In this document: positions 11,701 through 24,924 of the stretch, in pieces
Position numbering within the stretch: the first letter of the stretch is position 1
Layout: each line of letters starts with the position of its first letter
Assembly (NCBI GenBank): GCA_012295275.1
Contig: CM022671.1
Coordinates: forward strand, 33,418,001 to 33,482,000
Length of the DNA: 64,000 bases
DNA from: Chrysomallon squamiferum
Lineage: Eukaryota; Animalia; Mollusca
Direction: 5' to 3'
Made by a program: the position numbers and the translations under genes
Notes under the pieces: model-generated
What the model was told of the DNA's origin: nothing
The model's database searches: none
What the model saw: only the letters and a program-made list of their open reading frames with translations

Positions 11701-13624
11701 CAGAATTTGTCATTACCTGGTTGCTAAAGAGATCCTTGAGTACATCCTTAATGAAAAGCAGACTCGTCATCATGCTGATAAGCTCAGCACGTCAGCCAAG
11801 AGAGGTTTGAAGGATCTGTGTCTTCAGTTCATATCATATGCTAGTCAGAAGAACCTGAGGTCATCACTAACTGCCTGGACTGTGATTCGAATCCTTACTC
11901 AAACTTTTATCTTCAGGGATAACAAAGACGTGGGAGAGAATGAAACTCAAACTAAAAAGCCTCTGTTTTCACAAATAATGAATGATGTTGACTCTGACCC
12001 TCCTTACACTGGTCGACTTGAAATTCTAGAAAAACTTACAAGTTCTTTTCCAGGTGATCCAAATTTCCAGGCTCATCTTGGAAGATTTTATGCCCACTGC
12101 AGACCTGATGAAGATGGCAAAGCTGTGGCATGTTTTAAACGAGCACTTGAACTTTGTCATCAACAACATGTTGGAAAAGAAATGGATGATGCAATGAGAT
12201 CCACCTTGATGCACATATACCACATGTATGGAATGATATACAAGAAAAAGGTTTCCAGATATACAGGGAGAACTCCAGGAGACAAACCAGACATAAAAAC
12301 ACCTGCTGATGAATTCATGTCAACAGCTGAACGCATTACTGCTGATGCTGAAATAGCTTGTTTGCAGTTTGCAAAAAGCAGAGAACACAAACCAAAAGGA
12401 AATGATGAAATATACAATTATGCATTTTCAAGTGAAATCATGGTCCGTCTTCATGTCTGTGACTTTGTTCAGAGAAATTACCAGCTTGGTGGGATTTCTG
12501 ATTTCCTTTCGCAAGAGCAGGATCACCCAACAGCAAAATTTATTGAAGAAACAATTGGCACTGTTGAAGACTTAATAGTGGAATGCTACAGTGTTGTGAA
12601 TATTGAAAATATTGATACAGAGTTTGGCAAGGCTTTGTTTTGGTACCATTCTCTTTTCAAAAGCCATTCTTCCCATCTTGAAAACATGTTCCTTGATGAT
12701 GAGGTTTCATCAAGAAGACTGAAAATTGCAGCCTTGAAACTGAAATATTTGTCAAACTGTAGAGGAACATGTAGTGTATTTGAAGGCAGTTCTGTGACAA
12801 AGGAAGATCTTAAGAAGCTGGTTCACTGGTATGAGCAGAACTTCAAAGATGCTATAAGCTATGGAGAAGCTAACAAGAGGCAGCTTGATGGTGATTATAA
12901 AGAGTGGATGTTTGCAATTCGTAATCAGGAATTTGTCTATAATTACTCAGTGGAAAAGGTGTTGCAGTTTGTACGAGATTGGCATAAACAGGTGAAAAGT
13001 CCAACATCCATCTTTTATCTTTTCATTTGCAAAAGTCTTGTTGGCTTTGGAACAAAATCTCAAAAAGGTATCAGTGAGACTTTGGTAGAAGCTCAGCTCT
13101 TAAAGAGTGAATTACAGAATTTAAGCAAATCTGTTCTCAGGCCACGATTCCCCCATGAATGGCTGGGAAAAGATCAAAATGGAATAAAATGCCTAATTTC
13201 AAACAACAGAATTATTGATGCAGGACATATGAAAGGTGATTCTTCTTTGTTGGCCATTTGCAAGGGAACAATATGTCATCCTAACAAGAATCACCTGAGT
13301 GGGTACATTGATCTTGATCTTGGAGACAATTCTGTTGCAGTAAAGACATTTTACATCCCAATTAGAGCTGAACTTCATGGCGCCAGATATGCTGGAAAAA
13401 GAGTTCAGTTCCATTTGGCTTTTTCTCTCGTTCATGGATATGAAGCTTTTGCTGTGACACTTCTGAAGAAATACCCTTGTTCTGCCTGTCAGCTAAAGAT
13501 AGAAATTCCAAAAGAGGAAGAATCTGCTGACTGTTGTTGTGGAACTGTTGTCAAACGAACAGACTCACCAGTGGAAGAAGACACACACAGCATGGAACTG
13601 AACATGAATGAAGAACTCAAGTAA
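8796..13624 (+). CDS. SAMD9: SAMD9/SAMD9L-like protein copy 2, main 4.8-kb exon (LOTUS-like wHTH, AlbA_2, SIR2-like, STAND NTPase, TPR, OB fold, Zn ribbon); about 1671 aa when spliced
   Basis: The 1579-aa ORF 8885..13624 extends in frame to the acceptor ttttttcag at 8795. Motifs: AlbA_2 QDVVSIWNTPYRHDGFIVLGV, SIR2-like VPWVSVYDFD, linker FFHGGTIHW, Walker A LFHAPGGGGTTMAQRILWEL, Walker B PVVLLFDG, IRICHYLVAKEIL, FQAHLGRFY, OB end VQFHLAFSLVHGYEAF. The domain order is that of SAMD9. No SAM domain was recognised. Confidence 0.9.
9098..9322 (+). repeat. Perfect in-frame 111-bp tandem duplication (37 aa x2)
   Basis: Units start at 9098 and 9209 and are identical at the DNA level: KCTEDKGEKDEVDRSQEGFQPVSDKCESEVWVKQMSK. 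Confidence 0.97.
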
Positions 13625-16600
13625 ATATTCTCTGAAATTGACCATACATGAACCCTGATGACAGAGTATAATTCAGTAATAACAAAATTTATAGACATTG
13701 TTAAAATTAATTATGATCATGATAACAATTACAGACGTTTATTTGTTTTTTTTTTTAAATTATTATTCTTTTCTCTAATGATTACTCATGCATTAATTTA
13801 ATAATGAATTTGAATGTAGAATGGCAGACATTATCTTTTATTTATACTTGTGCTGCTCTTCACTCGTCAATTTACTTGTCGTGTAAAATTATGTATCACT
13901 ATAGCTGGCCTCTACCCAAGTCAAAGACAAACATTTTGATATAAAAATGAATATGTGAGATTTCACTAGTTCATACAGTGGAGACATTTTATGAATGACC
14001 ACTGGAAATCTTGACTGATAATGTGAACTGTACCATGGGATGCTTCTAGGTTTGACTACAAAAATGAAAAAAAAAAAAAAAAAGAGATTCCTGTTGTACT
14101 TCTTTCAGTTGTGTTTGCTTGATATCTTTTGTATATATATATAAAATGATGTCACAGCAGTTCATTGTGCTTAAAATCTGATTATATAAACATACAACAA
14201 ACAATTATTAAATAAAAATAATGGATTGAAAATAATTACTTGTTTAATTCATATTATATAATTATATATATGTTGTTTTACATATACAACACAGTGGAAT
14301 ATGATGTTATTTGTAGATTTTTTACTGTAAAAAAATTATTAATTTAATCTTGTAGGATGAATTTTAATTAATAAGCTTTTTGTTTTATTAGTATCAGGTT
14401 TTTGTATTTGAATCAAATTAATTATTGTTATATTTTAATCACAAATTGTACTTAATTTTTCCATTGTTTTCAAACACATACACACAAATATTCACAGTTT
14501 TATTGTGTACAGACTTAGAAAAAAATAAAATATCATAAACATATAAAATTCAGCTGTTTATTTAAATGTTGTTTCTGAACATGATTATCATATCAGAACT
14601 GTACTCTCTGTAATAATGTTTCCAGTTACTTAATCCATTTATTTTATGTAAATGATTATTTTTGTCTAATCTATAACATCTGATTTCCCAGTTTACTGAT
14701 TACAATCTGAAATTTTGTCAAGACATGACAGTATATTGTCAAATTTTATTTAGTATTTTTATTTTCTCCAAATTATTGATCTATAGTAAATTAAATAATG
14801 TAATAAACATTATATTTAGCATGGATTACACATGGATTAAATGTGGATTCATTATTCTTCACAAAACCACACTTTCTTTGATGTATCTTGTTAATTAGGT
14901 AGCTTTAATTATTAATAATTTGTAGATTATTGTAATTACTTGTAATTACATTATTTTTTATATGTTGTGATATTTTTTTAATTAACGTTTTAAGAAGTGA
15001 TTTACTTTTCAGTATTTCTGTATTTACAATTTATTTTTATTAGTGTATAATATAGAGTAGAATTGTTTTTACTTTTATTTATTATACGTATTTATATAAT
15101 CAGTATTCTGCTTTATCACAGTATACTGTTAGTTAATTAATTAATTATTAGTTTGATATCTGTTGTATTTAAAAAAATAAAAAAACATTGTCATTTACCA
15201 ACAAATGTAGGAGGACATAATTCTGTGTGTTCATTAACAAAACATAAAATATTTTTGAAGGCACAGCAAAGCAAAAGATGTAATTTCTTTTGAGGATTTT
15301 TGATTCTGGCATTAATACTGATACTGATCCAGTGATTGACATACTGATGTGGATCTTCTAGAATAAATTCTGTGTTCAGTGTCTTGATGTGTGTAGAGGT
15401 GGATTAAAATGTTCTGTATTTTAGGTGCAGATTTTGTGGTGCTCTGAAACTATCACAAATAATTTTCAATAGCTACCAAAGGAATATAAGAAACTTGATG
15501 TTAACGTGACATGTGCATTTAGTCTGTTTTCACCTTACATAAGTTAGGTTGCATTTATGTCAGTGCTGATTTTTATTTATTTACTTTTAAAAGTAGATCA
15601 AGGAAAAACAAAAAAGAGAAAAACAAAACACTCACATTTTGTATGTGTTATTAATGGTTGTGGAAATTGCATTGACTGTAATTAACTTATAATAATAATA
15701 ATAAATACTACATATTTACCATCAGCAAGCTATTCTTTGAAATAAATATATAACTGAAAAGTTAAGTAATATGAATTTCTTCTTTTTTATGCTAATGTTA
15801 ATTTTTAAATGTTACTTAATTTGCAAATATATTATTTTTATATAACAAAAACAAACCTTAAATTTTTAATACTTAATTATTAATACTTATTTGTAAATTA
15901 TTACAGTTTTAAAAATTATTTATAAATACTCTGTTTAATATTCATAAACATCAATGAAAAATCATATGAAGTTTTAAAATTAGTTTTGTATATTACTTAG
16001 AAGAGAAGTCACTGTTATCAGTTCCTCCTGCACAAAACAGAAATTTTCTGATACCATTATTACTTAAATAAGTGTTGAAAACTGTTGAAAATAAATTAAA
16101 CATACCTAACTTTAGTTAGAAGTCAAAATGAGCAAGACTTTTTTTTTAATGAGTTTTATATTGTTGTAGATGGTCAGTTTTTAAAAATTTGTTTTCATTT
16201 GAATTTTTGTTGTTACGGTCTTTATTTTACTGTCTGTCTATGTTTATGTTTGTAGATATGTGAAACTTATTTTTTTTCTTATTTATATTTTTTGTTCATA
16301 ATATAATCATGACAGTGATTTTAATTAGTTTGCTTAACATTGGTTGTAATTAATACTCACTGCTATTTATAAAAACTGTTTGTACTGTGTTTGGTGAAGT
16401 TAATGCAGATGTTCTGATTATGGCAACAGTGTGTGTGTTAGTTGATGTTCTTTGGTCACAGTGAAACTAGTACTAGTCCAGACATTGATAATCCAGATCA
16501 TGTTTCCATTAACTTCCTTCTGACCGTGTGATTTGAGGCTGTAACAATGATTACCCACCTAACTAATGTGTGTGATTGCAAATATGATGCATGTACCTTA

Positions 16601-19600
16601 TGAATAATCATTACAAACATGAACAAAAATTCATGTCCATGAAAATGTTTTTACAAAAAAGAAAAACAAAATTATATTCATCCTATGAAAAATATGTTTT
16701 ATGAATGCATGTAATCCATGTCAATATTCTTTTAAGTAAAAGCTTTATGTTCTTTTCAGTAAAAATATTCAATGTTAATCACTTTATATAGATATAAATA
16801 TAGATATATAGATATCACAACAAATGAAATGCTCAGAATGAGAAAATGTTAGCTTACAGAATATTGTTTTGGCAATATCTGATTTTAAAATAATTAAAGA
16901 ATACAGTATAAAATGAATAAATAAAATAAACAAATAATAACAGTGATGGTGAATAAATAAATAAAATATTAATAATAATAATAAAAAAATAATAATCAAA
17001 GTGACACTCACTTATTTATTCCTAGTCTGGTTAAATGTGATTGATGTGGGTTGCTTTGTTCCGATTCTGAAGGATGTTGACATCTGTGACTCAAAGATCC
17101 AATTTTATTTATTTGTTAGGAGTTAAACCATCTTTGATTTCAGCCTTCATATGACATCTGATGGACATGACAACCAGGTAGTTATGGATCAACCTATACT
17201 TTTTTTTTTTCTTTTTTTCTAAATAAATTGATAAAAAATGTACCTCACCCACTGAATACTTGAATAGTATATCTAGTACAAAAGTACCCAAAACTTCTAT
17301 AGTAACGTATTAAATGATGACTGTTATGTTTTATGATGGGTTTTTTAAATCCATTTACAGTATTTTATAATCAAAAATTGCTGTTGTCGTTTTTTTTTAT
17401 TTCAGTCATTTTTCACATTTGATAGAGATTCTTCAAAATGCTTTACACAATTGTCAAGTCTTTCGGAATATATAATTTGTAGTTTAGTTTTACACTTTTT
17501 TAAAAATAATTTTACGTTTTTGATATTATGTTATATATAACTTTACATTTTTCATATTACTTAGATGAAGTGTTTTTGGTGTGTTTTTTTTATAATTGTA
17601 TTATTGCTAAACATTTACTATATTACTCAATAAAATAATGTAATTCAAGAAATAAATTAAATATTGTCAAAATCTACATCTCTTTGTTATATCTTTATTA
17701 CCAACTCTTTTCTATTACTCATGTTTATAATGCTTATAAAAAGTTTGATAAAACCTTGACAAAATATCAGTCATTATTTCACAACAACATCTAATACTTC
17801 TTTAATGCCATTTCAAGAAATGAAAGAGAACATTCTTAATGAATACATAAGTTTGGTATCTGTTGTTGTTCACTTAAAAATAAATAGTCTGGTGTGAATC
17901 CAGTGCAGGTATTGAAGCTGATGAATGACTGTATTGTAGAAATTGTCATCAGTTTTATTTTTATTTCATTAGACTTGCTGTAATATACAAGCCACAATTT
18001 ACTGACGAATTAGAAAGATGCATATTCAAAAATAATAATAATAATAATAAATGATAATTTTATTATGAAAAAATAATAATAATAAAAATAAAAATATTAT
18101 AAATAAATGTTATTAACAACCTTTTCATGTGTTCAAGACATACACAATATTTAATAAGTATTACAAAATTCTAATTATATTATACATCTCTCCAACACAC
18201 ACACACACAAGAAAAAAGAAAGGTGAAAATCATGACAAACAGTATTTTCTTTCATATAATTGTTTTTTTAATTCCTTTAAATGTAAACACTGGTATTAAA
18301 TCAAACAAGGATATTAAATCAAATGCACCAGTTAAAATAACTCCAAACAGTAATAGCAAAATAATAAACCGAAAACAGTATTTCGTAAATAATCAAAGTT
18401 ATTTAAAATTAGAAGGTTAATAAGATTAAACAATAGACCGAGTCAACTCTCCAGTTTACACCACTCCCTTTAACACACACACACACACATACAATTACAA
18501 ATGCATACTTGTCCATAAACAATATTAATTAAAGTAAAAAATGTTTACATGTATTTCATTAAAATGTACAAGAAAACTATAAAAAGATAAATGACAGAAG
18601 TTATTTGATAATAAAAAGAAAAACTAAAGTAAAAATGTAAAAACAATTATGGCAGTTTCAGTTATGACAAATGAACCAAAAATTCTGGTCTAATGTTAAA
18701 ATAGCACTAGTTTTTCACATCACATCTTAGTATGAATGTTTTATATACACAAACACACAATACTTAAGACTAAAAGACTATTTAAATGTATTTTCTAAAA
18801 TGATGTGTTTGTGTGTGTGTGTGTGTGTGACCTGTAGATTCTGAAGTATTCATAAACATACATATTAATTTATGTAAATCAATTCCTTTTATTCATAGTC
18901 CAAACCATGATTACAAAATATAATTAAGAGAACAATGACACTTGTTTTGATGATAGTCTATGAAAACTTGCCATTTCTAAAAATAACTATTCTACATTTT
19001 CTGATACAGCAGCTGCTCTGTGTTGTTTAGTTTTCTACAGTGTTTCTGAACCTGATGCTAAAATACATACATTTGTATCTCATCTCAGTATGCTAATGAT
19101 TTATTAAATTAATGATTCAATCCAAAATTTTCCTACTGTACATACTTAATGTCATTCACGGTCAAATGTTTCAAAATTAAAGGTGTACAAATTATTTATA
19201 TTTATTTCTATTCTTAAATGTTTTCTTTTTTTCTCTTAAAAGTATCTTCATTTCATATACTAATCTCTGTATAAGACATAAATGAACTGAATGGAAATAA
19301 AAGTTTTTTCTTTATCTTCTTTTCAAATTTTTTTTTCTGAATGATGGTTTGGTGTTTTTTAACAAGCTGCTAATTCAAAATAAAATAAGTAAATAAAAAG
19401 GCAATAAATAAATAAATAAATGACAGAAGAAGGCAGTTATATAAAATGAATGTGGTCAAAATTTACTGCATAATAAAGTGTGTTATTAAAAATAACACAT
19501 TACAGAAGTAACAAAATAATAAAGTATTATCATTTTCTTTTTTTACATTTCATATGTTTGCATATACAACTTAAATTGTATGACATAATACTTGCATCAA

Positions 19601-21370
19601 ACACCAATTCTTTTAAACCACTACATATAACAAAAAAAAAAAGAAGAAAAGAATAAGAAAAAAGTGCATATTATTTTGCATTGCAATGACAGGTCAGTAC
19701 TTAAGTAAAATATTATAAATATTTTAAATATATATATACACAAATATAACAAACTAAAATGAAATTATAAAAAAGCCTCAAACAAACAAAAACCAAAGAT
19801 GGTTGCGTGATATTGAAATATTCTAGACAATTCTTCTCTGAAATACTTTAAAAAATATTGGCGAAAATAACAAGCAAAACATACAAATCAATTCTCAAAA
19901 ACATACATAAAAAAAAAAGTTAAAAAAAAAAGTAAAAAAGCAAAAAAGTAAATAAATAAAAAAATATTTTTTAAATGAGAGCACAAAATGTATGGATTTT
20001 TGTTGAATGGAACAAAATTTAAATAATGTTTTTTTAATCATGTGTGTTCTAATTATTCATTATTTTAAAGAAATCTCTATACAACTGCATGTACCAGAAC
20101 TGAATTAGAAATCTTACCTGTACTGTAGTGTACAAAGTTCTTTTTCTCTTTGATAAGAGAAATAGTTTAATTATTATGATAGTTCTGTTACACCACAGGT
20201 CAGTAACATGTTCCAGTCACAGTAAGAAAAAGGTAAAAGATCTCATTCTGCTGACTGATAAAAGAGTAGCCCAAACAATGGTGGCAGTGGATTTCTTTTC
20301 TCCAATTTCCTGACCATATGATCCATAAAATCAAATTTTATAGTAATATAGCTGTACTGTGGATATATGTACACACACACACACACAGCAGTACCTGGAA
20401 GTTATACTGTTATATACCACACATACGACAGACATCTTAACCAGTCTACACCGAGATCAACTTCAGAGTGTGGCTCCTGTTTGTTCTTTAAAGATTTCAT
20501 ATTCCAGTGATCATGATCAGTTGTTGACAAATTTGTTCTGTTTACAAGAATCCTTGTACAAACATAGTTAAAAAACATAAAAAGCCAATGCTTATTTTTT
20601 TTATTCTTATTATTGTTTTTTTAATCACCATGTTTGGTGGAACAAGAATATGTATTTGAAAAAAAAAATAAATTATTTATCAAAATAAAAATAAAGTAAT
20701 ATTTTTTTAAAGGTGCTACATGGCATATGCTACTATCACTAATTTGACTACAGTAACTGTGATTTGTTTGTTGCTCACCATCAAAAAATAATAATAATAA
20801 TAAAAAAAATAATAATAATAAAAAAAAAAAAAAAATAATAATAATAATGAAAGGAAGTAAATAAATTTATGACACAAACATAAAAAGCATTCTTTTAATA
20901 ATTTATAACATTCCATAACTTATATGTTACACATTTTACTAATTATTAACACTCCTTAATATTACCTATTTTACTAATTATTACATCTTCACCTCTTATA
21001 AAGTATATCAGTTACCATCTACCATGCCAGCCTATCTATATTTTTAAGCTCTATTTCTTTTGTCACCAGTTATAATGTGCGGGTTTCTGCTGTAGAGTGC
21101 AATCATCACCTCATCCTGAAAAAAGATATATGAAGTATATATATATTTATTAAGTGCAGGTTTAATACTATGCATTTAATACTTCATATTTTATTTTTTA
21201 ACTCTGCATAACTGTATTAATATATAAAAATTATATAAAATAATGTTTAATACACTACAATTTGGTCACAAAAAGAACTCTTTTCCTTTCTTTTTTAACC
21301 CACTCTTCTATAACCACATATATTTATGACTATTATGTATTCAAAAATATAATCAAAATAACAGTTACCT

Positions 21371-22831
21371 CTATTTATATTTATTCAGAAACTTCTGATG
21401 AAACTTTGAAAATTCCTTTAGTAATTTCTCAATCTCTGTCAAAGGTGGCAGAATGGTTGTTCGGAAGTGGTATGTCCCTTTCTTCTCCCCAAAACCACTT
21501 CCAGGTACAGTGCAGATTCCTGTCTCCTCTAGCAGCTGGAAGCAGTAGAAGGAATCAGGAGTCTGATTTGCTGCTTTGGCTGCTGCTATAGCTTTCTCAG
21601 GTAAAAAGATTCTTGGAAATGCATACATAGCTCCCTGCACTTCGTTACACTTAATGCCATCAATAGAGTTGAAAGTTTTTGTAACTAGTGCAGCTTTTTT
21701 AGCGAGCTGACTGAGAACTTCGTCCTTTTCTTCTTCAAACAACTTGTGCGATGGATAACCAGGCTTTGGAGGATTCACGACAACATCTAAAACAATCTGA
21801 CCTGAGATTGGAGGACAGAGTTTGGCAGATATACTCTTCTGATACTGAAGTTTCACATCAGGATCCAAGTTAATAATTTCACAGTACCCACCTCTGTATC
21901 CACATTCGCCCATGAAACCCTTAGAGGCAGACATGAAAGAAGCCAGTTCCATAGTGTTATATTTAGGACCCATTTCCATCAAAACTTTCTTAAACGAGAA
22001 AAATTTGCTGCCTTTTGCATAAACATTATGCTGATACACCTCATCAGCTAAAATAAATAACCTTTCTTCTTTAGCAAATTTGATGATACCTTCAATGTTT
22101 TCTCGAGTAAGAACCTGTCCTGTTGGATTCCCAGGATTGATAACAACAATTGCTCGAGGTTTGCACTGTGGTCGAGCTTCATCTATAGCTCTTTTCAATT
22201 CCTTTAAATCAAGACCCCAGTGGTTGTCTTCATCCAGATAATAAGGTATAGGAAATGCATTAAATTCTGCAATGGCTGCTGTGTAAAGTGGATACTGGGG
22301 AACTGGTATCATTATTCCTGCCCTGTCTGTACCCAGTTTTCCTGTCAAAACCAAACTTAAAACAGATTTTATTCCATCACTTGCTCCCGTTGACATATGT
22401 ATGTCTTCCATGTTAGACGGATGTCCGTCTCGTAATGTTATGTAATCTGCAATGTCTTTTCGTATTATATCAATGCCTGAACTAGCACTATACGAACCTA
22501 TACTGCCTCCTTTACATCCTTCAAGGATTGTTTTAGCACGTTGTTTCGCATCTTCGGGAAAATCGGAACTATTCATAAGCAAGTCTGGGTACGTACACAG
22601 CGCAACTACCTGCCGTATAAACTTCATTGGTTTTTGACCTGTTGCATGACAGTCACCTATATTTGCTCTTACAACACTGGAAAAGGGTTTTTTCTCACCG
22701 TTCGCCAGTTCTTTCTCTAACTGAGCCGCTCTTGCTACGATCGGTCCTCTAACTGCATACTCCATGGTTTTTATATTTGGATTCAAAGTTTCCATTGTAA
22801 GAACTTTATCATTTTTCATTTGACCTGCCAT
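21371..22831 (-). CDS. GPT: Alanine aminotransferase (glutamate-pyruvate transaminase), 486 aa, no intron in the CDS
   Basis: Motifs MEYAVRGPI, ANIGD, PVPQYPLY, VINPGNPTGQV, ADEVYQ, PLP-lysine SASKGFMGECGYRGG, QGAMYAFP, VPGSGFG, HFRTTILP. The first ATG (aaaATGG) is at 22831; the ORF track starts at an upstream GTG. Confidence 0.96.
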   Translation of the reverse strand: MAGQMKNDKVLTMETLNPNIKTMEYAVRGPIVARAAQLEKELANGEKKPFSSVVRANIGDCHATGQKPMKFIRQVVALCTYPDLLMNSSDFPEDAKQRAKTILEGCKGGSIGSYSASSGIDIIRKDIADYITLRDGHPSNMEDIHMSTGASDGIKSVLSLVLTGKLGTDRAGIMIPVPQYPLYTAAIAEFNAFPIPYYLDEDNHWGLDLKELKRAIDEARPQCKPRAIVVINPGNPTGQVLTRENIEGIIKFAKEERLFILADEVYQHNVYAKGSKFFSFKKVLMEMGPKYNTMELASFMSASKGFMGECGYRGGYCEIINLDPDVKLQYQKSISAKLCPPISGQIVLDVVVNPPKPGYPSHKLFEEEKDEVLSQLAKKAALVTKTFNSIDGIKCNEVQGAMYAFPRIFLPEKAIAAAKAANQTPDSFYCFQLLEETGICTVPGSGFGEKKGTYHFRTTILPPLTEIEKLLKEFSKFHQKFLNKYK

Positions 22832-23312
22832 TTTGGAATACTTTATTAAATTATCTATCACTATTATTTACGATCCGGAATAATAAAAGAATTATTACTT
22901 AAAAGTACTTCACTGATGAAGTAACGTATTGTAACTTTCAACAGTTATGTTGAACAACAGGAACTATCAAGCCGGATCCTCGCTTCGATAATTTTCTAGC
23001 CCTTGACATTTTCTACATGCCCTTCCTGTTACCAAGGTCGTTTCCGTTTACCGAAGTTAGTGCAAAAAATGTAGGGGTTAAAAAAAAAAAAAAAAAAAAA
23101 TAAAAAAATAGTAATAAAAAAAGAAGAAGAAAAACAACAACAACAACACCAATAAAATAATAATAAAAAAAAAAAAAAAAATAAAAAAATAAATAAAAAC
23201 AAATAAAAACAAACAAACAAAAAACAAAACAAAATAAATAAATGAAAAAACAACAACCAATAATAATAATAATAAATGCGTTGTCAAATCATACGGATAA
23301 TAAAAAGAAAAT

Positions 23313-23349
<37 letters not shown>

Positions 23350-23820
23350 TTATTTTAATAAAATAAAAACATTACAGACAATGTTTTTGAATATATCTAC
23401 AAAATATATTCACATACGTCATAGCAGTACCCAAAACAAACAAATCGTCGTGACCTGGCTTTCTCCTACAAAACAACTGCAAATATATCGAGTTAAATTG
23501 ATGGATGTAAATAAAACAACTTATTTTGCACGTCATAGAACTCATAAAAAGCATAATGTATATTTATATTTCAAACATATTACACGTGAAACCCAACCCA
23601 AATAGAATTTCGATTTGTGCCTCTGATATATATATGTATTTTCTAAGTAAAACAGAATTTAAAATAAACAAAAAATAATGTTTTGACCTGCCCTTTTACC
23701 TAAGCACGTGCATATTTTGCCTAATGTTTAATCCAACACTATCTGTGGCAGCCTCACACTTTCACTGATGCAAGAGGTGGGGTTTTCACAGAAATGTTAC
23801 TGTTTAGTCGGCTTTTGCCT

Positions 23821-23821
23821 A

Positions 23822-23885
<64 letters not shown>

Positions 23886-23898
23886 ATAATAATAATAA
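23821..23898. repeat. (TAC)n(TAA)n microsatellite
   Basis: Direct inspection. Confidence 0.92.
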
Positions 23899-24890
23899 AT
23901 ACCTTCAGCCCGCAATCGATACATTATTATTTTAAAATAACCGAATTATTAAGTATTCTGGTTTATCAAATTTTGCACCGTTTGTCATTAGGCAAACAAG
24001 CGGTTTATATAAACAAAGGCTGCGTCCAATATTTATGAAATCCCTCGCATTTTCCCTTGCTGATAGTAAGATATACTAAAAATCACATTAATAAAATGCA
24101 CAATTAACTAGATTGGTTGCTTTGGAAATAGTTTGCATTTATTTCAGTAAATACGGTACACACCTATTGTCTCAACATCACGTATCCACTTTACGTTTTT
24201 GTAATCAACGTTTCCAAAGCCACGTCAATATATTATAAGAAGATGTTAGGAGTCACACGTCCTGCAAACAACATCCATTACCATGTATGTCCTAGTAAAA
24301 ATAAAAAAAAAAAAAAAAAAAAAAAAATAGAAAAAAAAGAAAAAATAATAATAATAATAAAAAAAAAAAAAAAAAATTCAAAGATTAAATATTGGAATAT
24401 AAACAACAGGCTACTTTACGTACGATAATGATAAAATACATTGATGTTCAATTACACGTACTAATACATCCAACGTACTGTTATACATTAATAACGATAA
24501 AATAATTTTAAAAATATTAAAAACAAAGAAAGAACAGCAGCAAAACCAACATGAAAAACCAGCAACATAAATCCACAAACAACAAAATACTCCTCCTCCT
24601 CCTCCTCCTCCTACTCCTACTACTAGACTAAACGTACCTAGATAGTAAATAAACAAGTAAGTAGTTAATATATTATTTGCTTTTTTCAATACTGTGAATT
24701 AATTTTAATCAAATAAGTAATAAATTACTTTACAACAAGTAAACTCGCAAGCAGTATGTAATTTAAAATAAATACATTTGATCTAATTTGTATTAGTATA
24801 AAATACATGAGTAAATAATTTCATTCAAATATATGAACGCATATTTTATTTTTCAAATAAATAAATAATAGTACTTAAAAACAATTAAAT

Positions 24891-24924
<34 letters not shown>

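Noticed and set aside
10141-13698. Short overlapping ORFs on both strands within the SAMD9-like exon
   Set aside because: Shadow frames of a long coding exon with no independent support.
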